This document shows, in pieces, positions 1-9,827 of a stretch of 64,000 bases of DNA. The notes under the pieces were generated by a model, which was not told the origin of the DNA, made no database searches, and saw nothing but the letters and a program-made list of their open reading frames with translations. Positions within the stretch are counted from its first letter, which is position 1. Each line of letters opens with the position of its first letter. The position numbers and the translations under genes were made by a program. This DNA comes from Calditrichia bacterium. Lineage in GTDB: Bacteria > Calditrichota > Calditrichia > RBG-13-44-9 > J075. The DNA lies in contig JBOEGD010000020.1 in the NCBI GenBank assembly GCA_050633245.1, positions 77,438-141,437 on the forward strand, in the 5' to 3' direction.

Positions 1-120
1 CTGTCTTGGCTTGCGTTGTTCAGGTGCTGCTTGTTTCTCTATCGGTTTTTGATCTGGCTTTTGTTGTTCCGAGCCGAACAGCGTTTTTAATCCGCTGCGG
101 ATCTTTTTAATAAAACTCAT
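1..120 (-). CDS. 5' end of a CDS running off the window (MSFIKKIRSGLKTLFGSEQQKPDQK...), product unknown
   Basis: ATG at 120 with GGAAGAGG upstream; frame open to position 1; not in the ORF track. Confidence 0.6.
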   Translation of the reverse strand, partial: MSFIKKIRSGLKTLFGSEQQKPDQKPIEKQAAPEQRKPRQ

Positions 121-406
121 AACTGCGTCTAACCTCTTCCTGTGGTGTTCCATTCGAATGACGCGTACAGCGTAACAGCAGGTGCTAATCCATCCGGGAG
201 TCTATCGCTACCAGTAAATTCTGTCGGTCATCTGTTAATCTCCCACGCGCTTCATCGCGCAACCGCCTGTTCTGGTGTGGAGGATTATAACGTATACGTG
301 TATTAGGAGGCGGTTTAATCCAAGGACAAAATACGACTTCATTGGGCACAATGCAACCAATGTCTCTATTGAGGGGCCACGGCAATGGGAGGTGAAATAA
401 AGACAG

Positions 407-442
407 GAAACAAAAGTGCGGCGTGTTTTCCACGTCGCACTT
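407..442 (-). terminator. Intrinsic terminator after cold-shock gene
   Basis: AAGTGCGACGTG-GAAAA-CACGCCGCACTT followed by TTGTTTC on minus strand. Confidence 0.6.
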
Positions 443-472
443 GTATGTTATAGGGCGTTTTTTTAGCGTTTT

Positions 473-685
473 TTACACCACGACAACGTTTTGCGCCTGC
501 GGTCCCTTGTCTGTTACGTTCAGGGTATATTCTACCTGCTGGCCTTCCTCGAGGGAACGAAATCCGTCTGCCGTAATGGATGTGTAGTGTACGAAAATAT
601 CATCTCCTTGCTCACCGGGGATAATAAAACCAAAACCTTTTGCTGCATTAAACCACTTTACTGTACCTACGACTCGATCATTCAT
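473..685 (-). CDS. cspA: Cold-shock protein
   Basis: [15 protein letters not shown] (RNP1), DIFVHY (RNP2), 70 aa, AAGGAG RBS. Confidence 0.97.
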   Translation of the reverse strand: MNDRVVGTVKWFNAAKGFGFIIPGEQGDDIFVHYTSITADGFRSLEEGQQVEYTLNVTDKGPQAQNVVVV

Positions 686-1024
686 GATGGAACTATCTCC
701 TTTTTATAATGACTAAAAAATTATTTAAGCCCGAAGGCCATGTGAAAACTATTTCAAAACTTCCAATAATAATCCCGATCTTTCTCGCTGAGAGAAGGAC
801 TCTGGCAAAGCTGATAGAAATGGATCAGCGAATGTTCCAGGGAATGAGTGGCTGAAAGATATTCAGTCTGTAATACGAGAATTATGATCGGAGAGCAATA
901 CTTACAGTTGCAATTAGTGAAGAAAGAGGGGCATGCTATACGAAATGAATCACGATCTGCGTTGGAGAAATTTTAAAAATGATAGAGCCGTGCAATTTCA
1001 AAAAGGTTGAGGTACGCAATTGTT

Positions 1025-1062
1025 AAATGTTAGAGCCGCACAATTGTGCGGCTCTAACATTT
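1025..1062. repeat. Perfect 38-bp palindrome (REP-like or terminator)
   Basis: AAATGTTAGAGCCGCACAATTGTGCGGCTCTAACATTT is self-complementary; degenerate half copy at 977-997. Confidence 0.85.
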
Positions 1063-2319
1063 TTAATGCAGCTTTCCGATGGCTTTGTCCAGATTGGAAA
1101 TGATGATTTCTACTTCTTCCAGCTTGGCCGTTCCAACCGAAAGGCGATACCACGGTGACGACTCTGAAGCGCCAAAATAGGCAAACGGCACCAGGCCGAC
1201 ATGCGCTTCATCCAGGATGTAGCGATGGACTTCCTTGTTGGTATGCAAAACGGTTCCATCAGATGTTTTCATACCGGTAAGATCCATTTTTACCGTAAGA
1301 TACATTGCCGCCTGAGGTTCAATAGCATCTACATTGTAGCCTTTGGCTTTTAATGCGGTAAATCCTTTATAAAAACCAACCAGTCGTTTCTCCAGCTCGC
1401 CGCGAAAACGATTTAAATACTCTTCTACTGCGGGAATGTCTGCGAGGAAGTTACCGCAAGCTACCTGCCCGGCTCGTGGAGCCCAAGCCCCCATGTGCGC
1501 AACAACGGAGCGCATTTTTGCCATAATCGGTTGCGGACCATACCCCCAGCCAAGACGTAGTCCGGTGCCGGCAAATGCTTTGGAAGCACCATCCACAAAA
1601 ACGCAATAGTCGCGCATTTCCGGGCGGAGCGTAACCGCGTTGTAGTGCTTCGTACTGCCATAAGACAGTGGCCAGTAAATTTGATCCATCATAACATAGA
1701 GCGGCTTTTGGTTTGGTCCGCGACGCTTGTTTTCAGTCAAAACCATATCGCAAATGGCCTCCAGGCGCTCCTTGCTAAGAACCGTACCGGTTGGATTTAG
1801 TGGAGAGCAAAGAGCAAGCAAGACAGCATCTTTTATGTGTGGCTCAAGGGCTTCAACAGTTGGCATAAAGAAATTGTCTGCATCTGTTTCAAGAACAACC
1901 CCTTCTGCTTCCGTGAGATAGGTGTAATGATCATTATTCCAAGAGGGTGCCGGATAGATTACTTTTTCACCATGATCTACGATAGATAAATATGCTGCAT
2001 AGATTAATGGTCTGCCACCGCTGGCAACCAGGATATCTGCCGGGTCGAAGTGCATATCTCCAAAATGCGCGAGGTAACCACTGATGGCCTTACGTAAATT
2101 TGCCACGCCGATCGCGCCGGGATAATTGGTTTCACCATCATTATAGGCCTGAATAATCGCATCGCGAAGCTTCTCAGGTATCGGAAAGACTTTCGGGTTA
2201 AAGTCGCCAATTGTCAGATTGTAAAACGTTTCTCCACGTGCAATCTTTTCATTTATCTCCGCAGCAAGAGTGATAATCGGTGATGTTTCAATTCGCTGAG
2301 CGAGTTTCGACAGAATCAT
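1063..2319 (-). CDS. PLP-dependent class I/II aminotransferase (aspartate aminotransferase-like)
   Basis: SPLNPTG, DQIY and SKAFAGTGLRLGW motifs; start moved to MILSKLA at 2319. Confidence 0.92.
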   Translation of the reverse strand: MILSKLAQRIETSPIITLAAEINEKIARGETFYNLTIGDFNPKVFPIPEKLRDAIIQAYNDGETNYPGAIGVANLRKAISGYLAHFGDMHFDPADILVASGGRPLIYAAYLSIVDHGEKVIYPAPSWNNDHYTYLTEAEGVVLETDADNFFMPTVEALEPHIKDAVLLALCSPLNPTGTVLSKERLEAICDMVLTENKRRGPNQKPLYVMMDQIYWPLSYGSTKHYNAVTLRPEMRDYCVFVDGASKAFAGTGLRLGWGYGPQPIMAKMRSVVAHMGAWAPRAGQVACGNFLADIPAVEEYLNRFRGELEKRLVGFYKGFTALKAKGYNVDAIEPQAAMYLTVKMDLTGMKTSDGTVLHTNKEVHRYILDEAHVGLVPFAYFGASESSPWYRLSVGTAKLEEVEIIISNLDKAIGKLH

Positions 2320-2506
2320 AGTTTGTTTCTCCCGGTTCGGACTGGTTTGTTGTTGCCGAAAGTTACTTAAAAGATTATATCGAAAAAAGAGAGAAGAAAA
2401 TTGAGAAACGTTCTGAAATAAAATATCGCTGCTTCCCGGCTCATTCAATTGGATTTGGAATTGGAATAGCCTGGCTGATGATTTAGTTTGTAATGACTAT
2501 AATGAA

Positions 2507-3463
2507 ATGGAGAATAAAATGATTATCGTAACCGGTGGTGCCGGGTTTATCGGAAGTAATTTAGTGCGTGAACTGAATGCCCGCGGCATAGATGATATTC
2601 TTATTGTAGACAGCCTGAAGCGTGGCGAAAAGCATCTGAATTTAAACAGTCTTGAATATCGTGACTTTGTGGATTATAACGACTTTCTACAGCGCATCGC
2701 AGAGTATGCCCCCAATAAAATACAAGCTATTCTTCATCAGGGTGCCTGCACCGATACTATGGAGTATGATGGGCAATATATGATGCGCGTGAATTACGAA
2801 TACAGCAAGACGCTACTTCACTACGCAATGCGACATTCTATTCGTCTGATTTATGCTTCCTCTGCTTCTGTTTATGGTAATGGTGATGATGGTTTTGTAG
2901 AAGAGCGACATCGTGAATATCCACTTAATGTGTATGCCTATTCGAAGTTTCAGTTCGATCAGTATCTGCGCAGAATGATAGACGAAGCGGATTCTCAAAT
3001 TGTAGGTTTACGCTACTTTAATGTATATGGGCCGCAGGAAAATCATAAAGAACGTATGGCTTCGGTGATTTTTCAGTTCCACAATCAGCTGATGGAAAAT
3101 TCCGAGATCAAGCTATTTGAAGGCAGCGGCGATTTTCGACGAGACTTTATATATGTCGGTGATGTTGTGAAGGTAAACCTTCACTTTCTGGATAATCCCG
3201 ACGTTAGCGGAATTTATAATTGTGGTACCGGAACAGCCGAGAGCTTCTTAAAGATTGCAGAAATTATGCAGGACTGTTATGAGGGCTCTACAATGAGCTA
3301 TGTGCCGTTTCCAGAGACGTTAAAAGGCAAATATCAGGCTTTTACGCAGGCGGATACCACAAGTCTGCGATCTTCCGGGTTCAATAGCGATTTCACCAGT
3401 CTGGATGATGGTGTGCGTTCCTACGTGGACGTGCTAAAGAAAACCGGTGGATACTGGCGGTAA
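2507..3463 (+). CDS. rfaD: ADP-L-glycero-D-manno-heptose 6-epimerase
   Basis: IIVTGGAGFIGSN, HQGAC, YASSASVYG, YAYSK, RYFNVYGP, YQAFTQAD. Confidence 0.95.
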   Translation: MENKMIIVTGGAGFIGSNLVRELNARGIDDILIVDSLKRGEKHLNLNSLEYRDFVDYNDFLQRIAEYAPNKIQAILHQGACTDTMEYDGQYMMRVNYEYSKTLLHYAMRHSIRLIYASSASVYGNGDDGFVEERHREYPLNVYAYSKFQFDQYLRRMIDEADSQIVGLRYFNVYGPQENHKERMASVIFQFHNQLMENSEIKLFEGSGDFRRDFIYVGDVVKVNLHFLDNPDVSGIYNCGTGTAESFLKIAEIMQDCYEGSTMSYVPFPETLKGKYQAFTQADTTSLRSSGFNSDFTSLDDGVRSYVDVLKKTGGYWR

Positions 3464-3471
3464 AATGACTC

Positions 3472-3495
3472 GATCCGCAAGTATTGCGGATCTAC
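3472..3495 (-). repeat. GTAG-type REP-like palindrome
   Basis: GTAGATCCGCAATACTTGCGGATC on minus strand between rfaD and ung. Confidence 0.6.
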
Positions 3496-3511
3496 GGGAT
3501 GTTTAATTTAC

Positions 3512-4177
3512 ATGAAAATTTCTGCACAATTGATGAACGATTGGCGCACTGTTCTCGCTGATGAACTTGCCCGCCCTTATATTCTTGAACTGGAAGAATT
3601 TGTTGCATTCGAGCGATTGCATTACGACGTTTTTCCACCGGAAAAAAATGTGTTTGGCGCTTTCAACGCATGTGCCTTTGATGATGTACGCGTTGTTATT
3701 CTCGGGCAAGATCCTTATCACGGCCCAAACCAGGCGCATGGACTATCCTTCTCTGTAAATGATGGGATAAAGCACCCTCCTTCTCTCCGAAATATCTTTA
3801 AAGAAATTGAGCAAAATTTGGGGCTGTCGGCACCAGAGTCGGGGAATTTGACTCGTTGGGCAGAACAGGGGGTATTGCTGTTGAATTCTGTGCTAACGGT
3901 TCGTGCAAATGAGGCCGCGTCACACAAGAAGCACGGTTGGGAGACATTTACCGATACTGTAATCAGAGAATTGTCAGAGCGTCGTGAAAATCTGGTTTTC
4001 ATGCTTTGGGGAAACTACGCGAAGAAAAAAGGACGCATAATTAATCGCGGCAAACATGTGGTATTAGAATCCGGACACCCATCGCCGCTGTCGGTGCGTT
4101 ATTTTCGGGGCTGTGGTCATTTTAGCCGGGTGAATGAATTTTTGCGGGAAAAAGAATTGCCTGAAATTGTATGGTAA
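3512..4177 (+). CDS. ung: Uracil-DNA glycosylase family 1
   Basis: GQDPYH, GLSFS, PPSLRNI, GVLLLN, HPSPLS. Confidence 0.97.
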   Translation: MKISAQLMNDWRTVLADELARPYILELEEFVAFERLHYDVFPPEKNVFGAFNACAFDDVRVVILGQDPYHGPNQAHGLSFSVNDGIKHPPSLRNIFKEIEQNLGLSAPESGNLTRWAEQGVLLLNSVLTVRANEAASHKKHGWETFTDTVIRELSERRENLVFMLWGNYAKKKGRIINRGKHVVLESGHPSPLSVRYFRGCGHFSRVNEFLREKELPEIVW

Positions 4178-4184
4178 CGTTGTA

Positions 4185-4222
4185 AAACGGTAGCGACGCA
4201 ATGTATTGCGTCGCTACCGTTT
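4185..4222. repeat. GTAG-type REP-like palindrome between convergent genes
   Basis: 17-bp stem, core GTAGCGACGCAATGTATTGCGTCGCTAC. Confidence 0.8.
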
Positions 4223-4241
4223 ACATTTACCATTCTACTAA

Positions 4242-7200
4242 TTATCTAACCGGGTATGGCGGAATCTGCGGAACGGTCTTACGCTTCGTCTTCAGGTCAT
4301 TCAGAACTTCAGAGATCGCACGACTCAGCTGCTGATCTTCACCTGCAAATTCCTTTGCGGGATCATTATCTACCACGATATCCGGCGTTACGCCGATATT
4401 CTCAATAATCCATTTCTTTCCTGCCAGATCATAACGTGAAAATTCCGGCTTATTCATGGAGCCGCCATCGACATAGGGTAGCGAACCGCGAATTCCGACA
4501 ACGCCTCCCCAGCTACGCTTACCAATTAGCTTGCCAAGTTTGTGATGCTTGAATCTCCAGGCAAAGAGGTCGCCATCTGACGCAGAAAACTCATTTACCA
4601 GGCAAACCATCGGTCCCCACATTACGTCACCGGGGTTGACATCCGCATCAACATTACGAGACATTGTTATCATAACGACTTCACGTCTCAGGCGTTCAAT
4701 AAGCATTGGTGATACGTTTCCGCCACCATTACCGCGAACATCGATAATCAGCGCCTTCTTGCGCATCTGCGGATAGAAATGCTTCACGAATTCATTCAGT
4801 CCATTCGGGCCCATATCAGGAACGTGAATGTAGCCAACTTCGCCATTTGTTGCTTTGCTGACCTTATCAATATTATCCTGAACCCAATTGTAATAATACA
4901 ATCCAGACTCATCGGCAATCGGCTTAACCGTTACTTCACGGCTTCCGGCAGTAGATGCTTTGCCGTTTACTGTTAGAACAACCTGCTTGCCAACCGTGTT
5001 TACCAATGCCGCAAACATGTTCTTCATGTCCTTGGTCGATTCGCCGTTGACGGCCACAATATATTCACCTTCGCTTACATTTACGCCCAGATCACGCAAT
5101 GGTGAACGGCGACGTTGCCCCCAGTTCTCACCATCGAGAATGCGGTCAATTTTGAAGTAACCCGAGCTGTGCTTACTAACTTCAGCACCGAGCAACCCAG
5201 TGCGAACGCGCTTCGGAGAAGGGCGATCACCGCCACCAACATACGCGTGTCCAACATTCAGCTCGCCGATCAACTCGCCCAAAATATAGGTGAGATCGTT
5301 GCGATGATTTACGTGCGCGACAAGAGGTTCGTATTTCTTCTTCATTGCATTCCAGTTAACGCCGTGCATGTTGGGTGCATAGAAAAAGTCTCGCATTTGT
5401 CGCCAGCCTTCAGCATAGATCTGATTCCATTCGGCGCGACGGTTTTGCATCATTTCCATATCACCGAGCTTCAAAGGATCTTTTAGTTTAATCGGGCCTT
5501 TCGGCAGATCAATAATACCATATTTATTGCCATCGCTTACCAGCATCTTTTTGCTGTCGGCAGATATTTCATAGCCATTATAGTTTCCAAGCTCAGTTTC
5601 TTTTTCCTCACCGAGATCGTACATCATCAGTTTGGTTTTATCGTCGCTAAAGCCACGGCGTGTATAATACACCTTGCCGCCTACCAGCGAAATGTTGCCA
5701 TAGTTTGATGCGTCGATGTCCAGGCCAACTACGCGATCTTGCAAGCCATCGAGATCCAGCTTTACAGATACTTTGCTGTCGTCAGACTTTTTCTTGTCAT
5801 CTTTCTTTTTGTCGTCCTTTTTGGAAGATTTCTTCTCTTCCTTAATGCTTACTTCATCGCTCTTTGGCTTGAAAGGCGAATCGGTGCCTTTCGATAGGGC
5901 AACCATGTAGATGCGTTCCATGTCGCGATAGGCATGATTCCACTCGGTGCTGCTGTAGATCGGATTGAAGTCACGTCCGGAAGCAAAGAGAAGCCACTTG
6001 CCGTCTGCACTGAAATTCGAGCTGTTGGAATCGTACCAGCCTTCGGTAACCGCATGGCTCTTTTTGGTTGCAAGCGAGTAGATGTAAACTTTGCGCATAC
6101 CCTGTTTTTCAAACTTTGTATAGGTGATAAACTTTCCATCGGGAGACCAAGCGTACTGAGAGATTTCCCAGGCTTCGCCTTTTGCTACTTCGGTAATCTT
6201 ACCCGAAGAAACATCTGCATAGCGCAAGCGCAGCTTTTTATCTCCGAAGAGCAACTTTTTGCTGTCCGGGGACCAGTACGGCTGGTAGTAATACGTGTCT
6301 GCGCCCTTTGTAACCTGGCGAGCTTTTCCTTTACCGTCCTGTGGGGAAACCCAAAGCTCGAATTCGCCGGTAGCGTCGGAGATATAAGAAATCCATTTGC
6401 CGTCTGGGGACCACTTTGAGTTACGTTCATGTGCGCCGGAGGATTGTGTAATGTTGCGAGTTGGGCCTTCTTTTGCGGGTACGGTGAATACTTCACCATG
6501 AGCACCAAACAGTGCGCGCTTTCCATCCGGTGAGATTTCGTAATTGCTAACTTCACTGGCTAACTCACGAACGCCACCGCGACTGGCATTGAAATCCTGT
6601 AGAATGCGGATCGAAACTTTTTTATGCGTCTGCGTCTTCAGATCGAAGCTGTGAATATAGCCTGCCTGCTCAAATACAATCGCATCTGGTCCTACAGAAG
6701 GAAACTTGATGTCGAAATCTGTGAACTTGGTATGCTGCGTGGTTTGCTTTGTTTTCAGATCGTAAGAATACAGGTTCATGCGCATGGCGCCATTTGATTC
6801 ACGGTCGGATATGAAATACACCTTATCACCGGCCCACATTGGAATAATATCCTGTGCCGGATTATCGGTGATGTTTTCTGTCTTCTTTGTCTTGAAGTCA
6901 TAAATCCAAACGTCATCAGCCATCCCACCACGGTAGCGCTTCCAGGTACGGAACTCGCGAAAGACGCGGTTATAGGCCATCTTGCTGTCGTCTGCGGAGA
7001 AGGAGCAGAATCCACCACGCGGCACTTCTATCTGCGCAGGCATATCACCGTTGGTATTAACGGAGTATAGTGATCCGATAAAGCTGTTAAATGAGCGCAT
7101 GCGAGAGCGAAAAACGACTTCGTTTGACGTATTCTTCCACGACATAACGATGTTGTTGGGTCCCATACGATCGGCAATATCGTCGCGATTGAGCGTTGCA

Positions 7201-7514
7201 GTATAGGTAAGGCGTTTTGGAATGCCGCCTTCTTCGCCTATGGTAAAGACTTCCGTATTACCGTCGTACTGTCCGGTAAAGGCGATGGTTTTGCCATCTG
7301 CCGAGAAGCGCGGGAACATTTCGTAGCCATCGTGGCTGGTTAATTGACGGGCGACGCCGCCGGATTTTGCTACGGTATAGAGATCACCTGCATAGGAAAA
7401 GACAATCTGCTTGCCGTTAGTGGTTGGGAAGCGCAGCAGACGCGCTTCCTGTGCCGTAATGCTGGATAGAAAAAGACCCAGTAAAAGCAGCACAAGAACG
7501 TTGCGATAACTCAT
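4242..7514 (-). CDS. Tricorn protease (peptidase S41)
   Basis: Signal peptide, WD40-like propeller repeats, PDZ region, DVRGNGGG, SASDGD catalytic Ser, SWGGVVG. Confidence 0.95.
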   Translation of the reverse strand: MSYRNVLVLLLLGLFLSSITAQEARLLRFPTTNGKQIVFSYAGDLYTVAKSGGVARQLTSHDGYEMFPRFSADGKTIAFTGQYDGNTEVFTIGEEGGIPKRLTYTATLNRDDIADRMGPNNIVMSWKNTSNEVVFRSRMRSFNSFIGSLYSVNTNGDMPAQIEVPRGGFCSFSADDSKMAYNRVFREFRTWKRYRGGMADDVWIYDFKTKKTENITDNPAQDIIPMWAGDKVYFISDRESNGAMRMNLYSYDLKTKQTTQHTKFTDFDIKFPSVGPDAIVFEQAGYIHSFDLKTQTHKKVSIRILQDFNASRGGVRELASEVSNYEISPDGKRALFGAHGEVFTVPAKEGPTRNITQSSGAHERNSKWSPDGKWISYISDATGEFELWVSPQDGKGKARQVTKGADTYYYQPYWSPDSKKLLFGDKKLRLRYADVSSGKITEVAKGEAWEISQYAWSPDGKFITYTKFEKQGMRKVYIYSLATKKSHAVTEGWYDSNSSNFSADGKWLLFASGRDFNPIYSSTEWNHAYRDMERIYMVALSKGTDSPFKPKSDEVSIKEEKKSSKKDDKKKDDKKKSDDSKVSVKLDLDGLQDRVVGLDIDASNYGNISLVGGKVYYTRRGFSDDKTKLMMYDLGEEKETELGNYNGYEISADSKKMLVSDGNKYGIIDLPKGPIKLKDPLKLGDMEMMQNRRAEWNQIYAEGWRQMRDFFYAPNMHGVNWNAMKKKYEPLVAHVNHRNDLTYILGELIGELNVGHAYVGGGDRPSPKRVRTGLLGAEVSKHSSGYFKIDRILDGENWGQRRRSPLRDLGVNVSEGEYIVAVNGESTKDMKNMFAALVNTVGKQVVLTVNGKASTAGSREVTVKPIADESGLYYYNWVQDNIDKVSKATNGEVGYIHVPDMGPNGLNEFVKHFYPQMRKKALIIDVRGNGGGNVSPMLIERLRREVVMITMSRNVDADVNPGDVMWGPMVCLVNEFSASDGDLFAWRFKHHKLGKLIGKRSWGGVVGIRGSLPYVDGGSMNKPEFSRYDLAGKKWIIENIGVTPDIVVDNDPAKEFAGEDQQLSRAISEVLNDLKTKRKTVPQIPPYPVR

Positions 7515-7675
7515 AAAAGTCTCCGAAATAACGGGTTAGGGGATTATGTATATTGATGAAAAAGAAGTTGTTTCTTGTTAGACGCTAATTATCCCAGTAT
7601 AGTTGACAAGAATATACGATTTTTTGACCAAGAGGTTACAGGAAAATGAAAAGACATGAAAAGTGAAAAGATGTG

Positions 7676-7718
7676 AATAAGGCAATAAGGCAATAAGGCA
7701 ATAAGGCAATAAGGCAAT
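7676..7718. repeat. Octamer tandem repeat (AATAAGGC)x5
   Basis: Five exact units in the divergent intergenic region. Confidence 0.95.
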
Positions 7719-7765
7719 TTAAAGTTGTTCTGTGACTGTTGCCTAAAAAGAAAGGAGTATCGAAT

Positions 7766-8203
7766 ATGAATAAAGAGCATTTTCGCAAATTGGAGCGGAT
7801 GTATCTGGAAGCCAATATTCAGAAGGAACTCTATGAAAGCACAACTATCAAAATTGAACATAAGCGAACAGAAATTGGCATGATGGTCTCGGATAAATAC
7901 TTTCATGCATTAAACGGGATGCATGGCTCCGTGTATTTTAAGTTACTTGATGATGCTGCTTTTTTTGCGGTGAACTCTGTTATCTCTGATGTCTGTGTAC
8001 TAACGACGTCGTTCAATATTAATCTGGTGCGTCCAGTTGGATTGGGCAAAATCCACGCAGTTGGCGAACTGAGATTTCAATCCAGAAATTTATTCGTTGC
8101 AGAAGCTCAATTGTTTAATGAGGCGGGGAAAGAAGTAGCGTTCGGAACAGGGCATTTTGCAAAAAGTAAAGTTGTTTTGTCAGAAGAGATAGGTTATACA
8201 TAA
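7766..8203 (+). CDS. PaaI-family hotdog-fold thioesterase
   Basis: MHGSVYFKLLDDAAFFAVN; AAGGAG RBS before MNKEHF. Confidence 0.9.
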   Translation: MNKEHFRKLERMYLEANIQKELYESTTIKIEHKRTEIGMMVSDKYFHALNGMHGSVYFKLLDDAAFFAVNSVISDVCVLTTSFNINLVRPVGLGKIHAVGELRFQSRNLFVAEAQLFNEAGKEVAFGTGHFAKSKVVLSEEIGYT

Positions 8204-8318
8204 TGTTCAAAGTTCAAAGTTCAAAGTTCAAAGCCTACCTGGCATTGAAGCAGTAAGTGAAGTGCAAATACTTTCATACAAGAATACCTTTGAACCTTGA
8301 ACTTTGAATCCTGAACAT
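8203..8318. repeat. Inverted pair of heptamer arrays: (GTTCAAA)x4 and degenerate (TTTGAAC)x4
   Basis: Arrays at 8205-8232 and 8289-8316 with a 56-nt spacer. Confidence 0.9.
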
Positions 8319-8322
8319 TCTT

Positions 8323-8721
8323 TTAGAGACTCTGCAGCCAATCTTCATAAAATCGCCGCTGCTCGTCAACTGTGGCTGGTTCCACATCCAAACCAGAGTC
8401 GAAAATAGATACCAGTCTCTCGGCCGGGTAACCCATCTTCATTTGGTAGGCCTGTCTGCCAGCGCTGGACTGGCGCGACATCTGCGATGGATAGATATTT
8501 TTGCTGGCCCCATAGCAGTGCAGTAGATAGCCGTCCGGCTCGAGGTGGATGCGCACGACGACCATTGCGTCAAAAAAGTCTTCCGCGGTACCGCTATGAA
8601 TCTTACCGCGATGAAATAATTCTACGGTACACTCATCACCATTTTGTGTAACTTCCATTTCGCACGATTCTGTGCGCCCTTTGGCATCAATGACATCGAT
8701 ATGATAATTCCGTTCAGTCAT
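8323..8721 (-). CDS. Hypothetical protein
   Basis: 132-aa ORF with globular composition; no motif confidently assigned. Confidence 0.75.
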   Translation of the reverse strand: MTERNYHIDVIDAKGRTESCEMEVTQNGDECTVELFHRGKIHSGTAEDFFDAMVVVRIHLEPDGYLLHCYGASKNIYPSQMSRQSSAGRQAYQMKMGYPAERLVSIFDSGLDVEPATVDEQRRFYEDWLQSL

Positions 8722-8848
8722 TACTATGCTCCTGTTTACTTTAATAGTATACTATGTCGGGGGACATGGGTTTCTTTCAGATCTTCATTGGGGCAGTGAT
8801 GAGGGTCTGGAAATATACGTTAACTTTATTGCGATATCAAAAGATAGA

Positions 8849-9583
8849 ATGATGAATTTAAACGAGTTTCAATCACAACATAGTTCGTTTCACATATTAT
8901 ACCGTGATGACCATTACATTGCCATTGAAAAGCCAGCCGCAATTCATGTGCACCCAACGTCCCTTTCTCCACGTGAAACCAGTTGCATGCAGATACTGCG
9001 AAATCAGATTGACCAGTGGGTTTATACGGTTCATCGTTTAGATCGTGCTACATCAGGGGTGTTGATATTTGCTTTGTCCTCTGAGGCCGCGAAACGACTG
9101 CATGCGCTTTTTGTTGAAAGAAAGATAAAAAAACGCTATCTGGCTGTAGTACGTGGCTGGCTTGCTGAACCAGGTGGAGTAATTGATTATCCGCTGCGAG
9201 AAAGTGATACGCACGAGCTGCAGGAAGCGCAAACGGCCTATCAGGTTTTGGATACTATTGAGTTTCAAATTCCGATTAGCAAGTTTCCTACCGCACGTTT
9301 TTCACTCGTGGAGGCTCTGCCGCATACCGGTCGTAATAATCAAATCCGTAAACACTTTGCCCATCTGCGTCATCCGATTATCGGTGACACCAATTATGGG
9401 GATGGAAAGCAAAATCGTTTTTTTCGAGAACATCTGAATTTACATCGTCTCATGCTTATGGCTACGCATCTTCAGTTTCAGCATCCGTTTACCGGTGAGG
9501 AGATTCGATTAACCTCAAATATGCCGGAAGAGCTGCGTTTGGGTTTTGAAGAGATTGGCTGGAGTACGGACTTTTATAGGTAG
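8849..9583 (+). CDS. truC: RluA/TruC-family pseudouridine synthase
   Basis: VHRLDRATSGV, PHTGRNNQIRKH, HPIIGDTNYGDGKQN; start moved to MMNLNE. Confidence 0.85.
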   Translation: MMNLNEFQSQHSSFHILYRDDHYIAIEKPAAIHVHPTSLSPRETSCMQILRNQIDQWVYTVHRLDRATSGVLIFALSSEAAKRLHALFVERKIKKRYLAVVRGWLAEPGGVIDYPLRESDTHELQEAQTAYQVLDTIEFQIPISKFPTARFSLVEALPHTGRNNQIRKHFAHLRHPIIGDTNYGDGKQNRFFREHLNLHRLMLMATHLQFQHPFTGEEIRLTSNMPEELRLGFEEIGWSTDFYR

Positions 9584-9639
9584 CAGGTCGCGGTGAAAAA
9601 TAGTGAGAATAAGCAGTGAGAAAGAAAATGATGATTTGC

Positions 9640-9686
9640 GTCAGACTGAGCCCTCGGCTTCGCTAAGGATAGACTCCGTCGAAGTC
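9640..9686. repeat. REP-like element of the GTCAxACTGAGC...GTCGAAGT type
   Basis: GTCAGACTGAGC...GTCGAAGTC resembles dispersed intergenic repeats of FCB genomes; one copy here. Confidence 0.45.
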
Positions 9687-9827
9687 AGAGCGAAAGGTGA
9701 GACGCGGTGAGAAACAGGCAATGAGGCGGTTATGATAGTAATTGCCAGAAGGGGCGATATGTAACTTATCTAAGCAACAAAAAATGCCCGACTGATGTAA
9801 ATATGGTGTAAAGCCCAGGAGCTTGTA

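Noticed and set aside
4549-7206. Numerous 60-160-aa alternative-frame ORFs within long genes, here and throughout the window
   Set aside because: Antisense or out-of-frame shadows of well-supported CDSs, without RBS or motifs.
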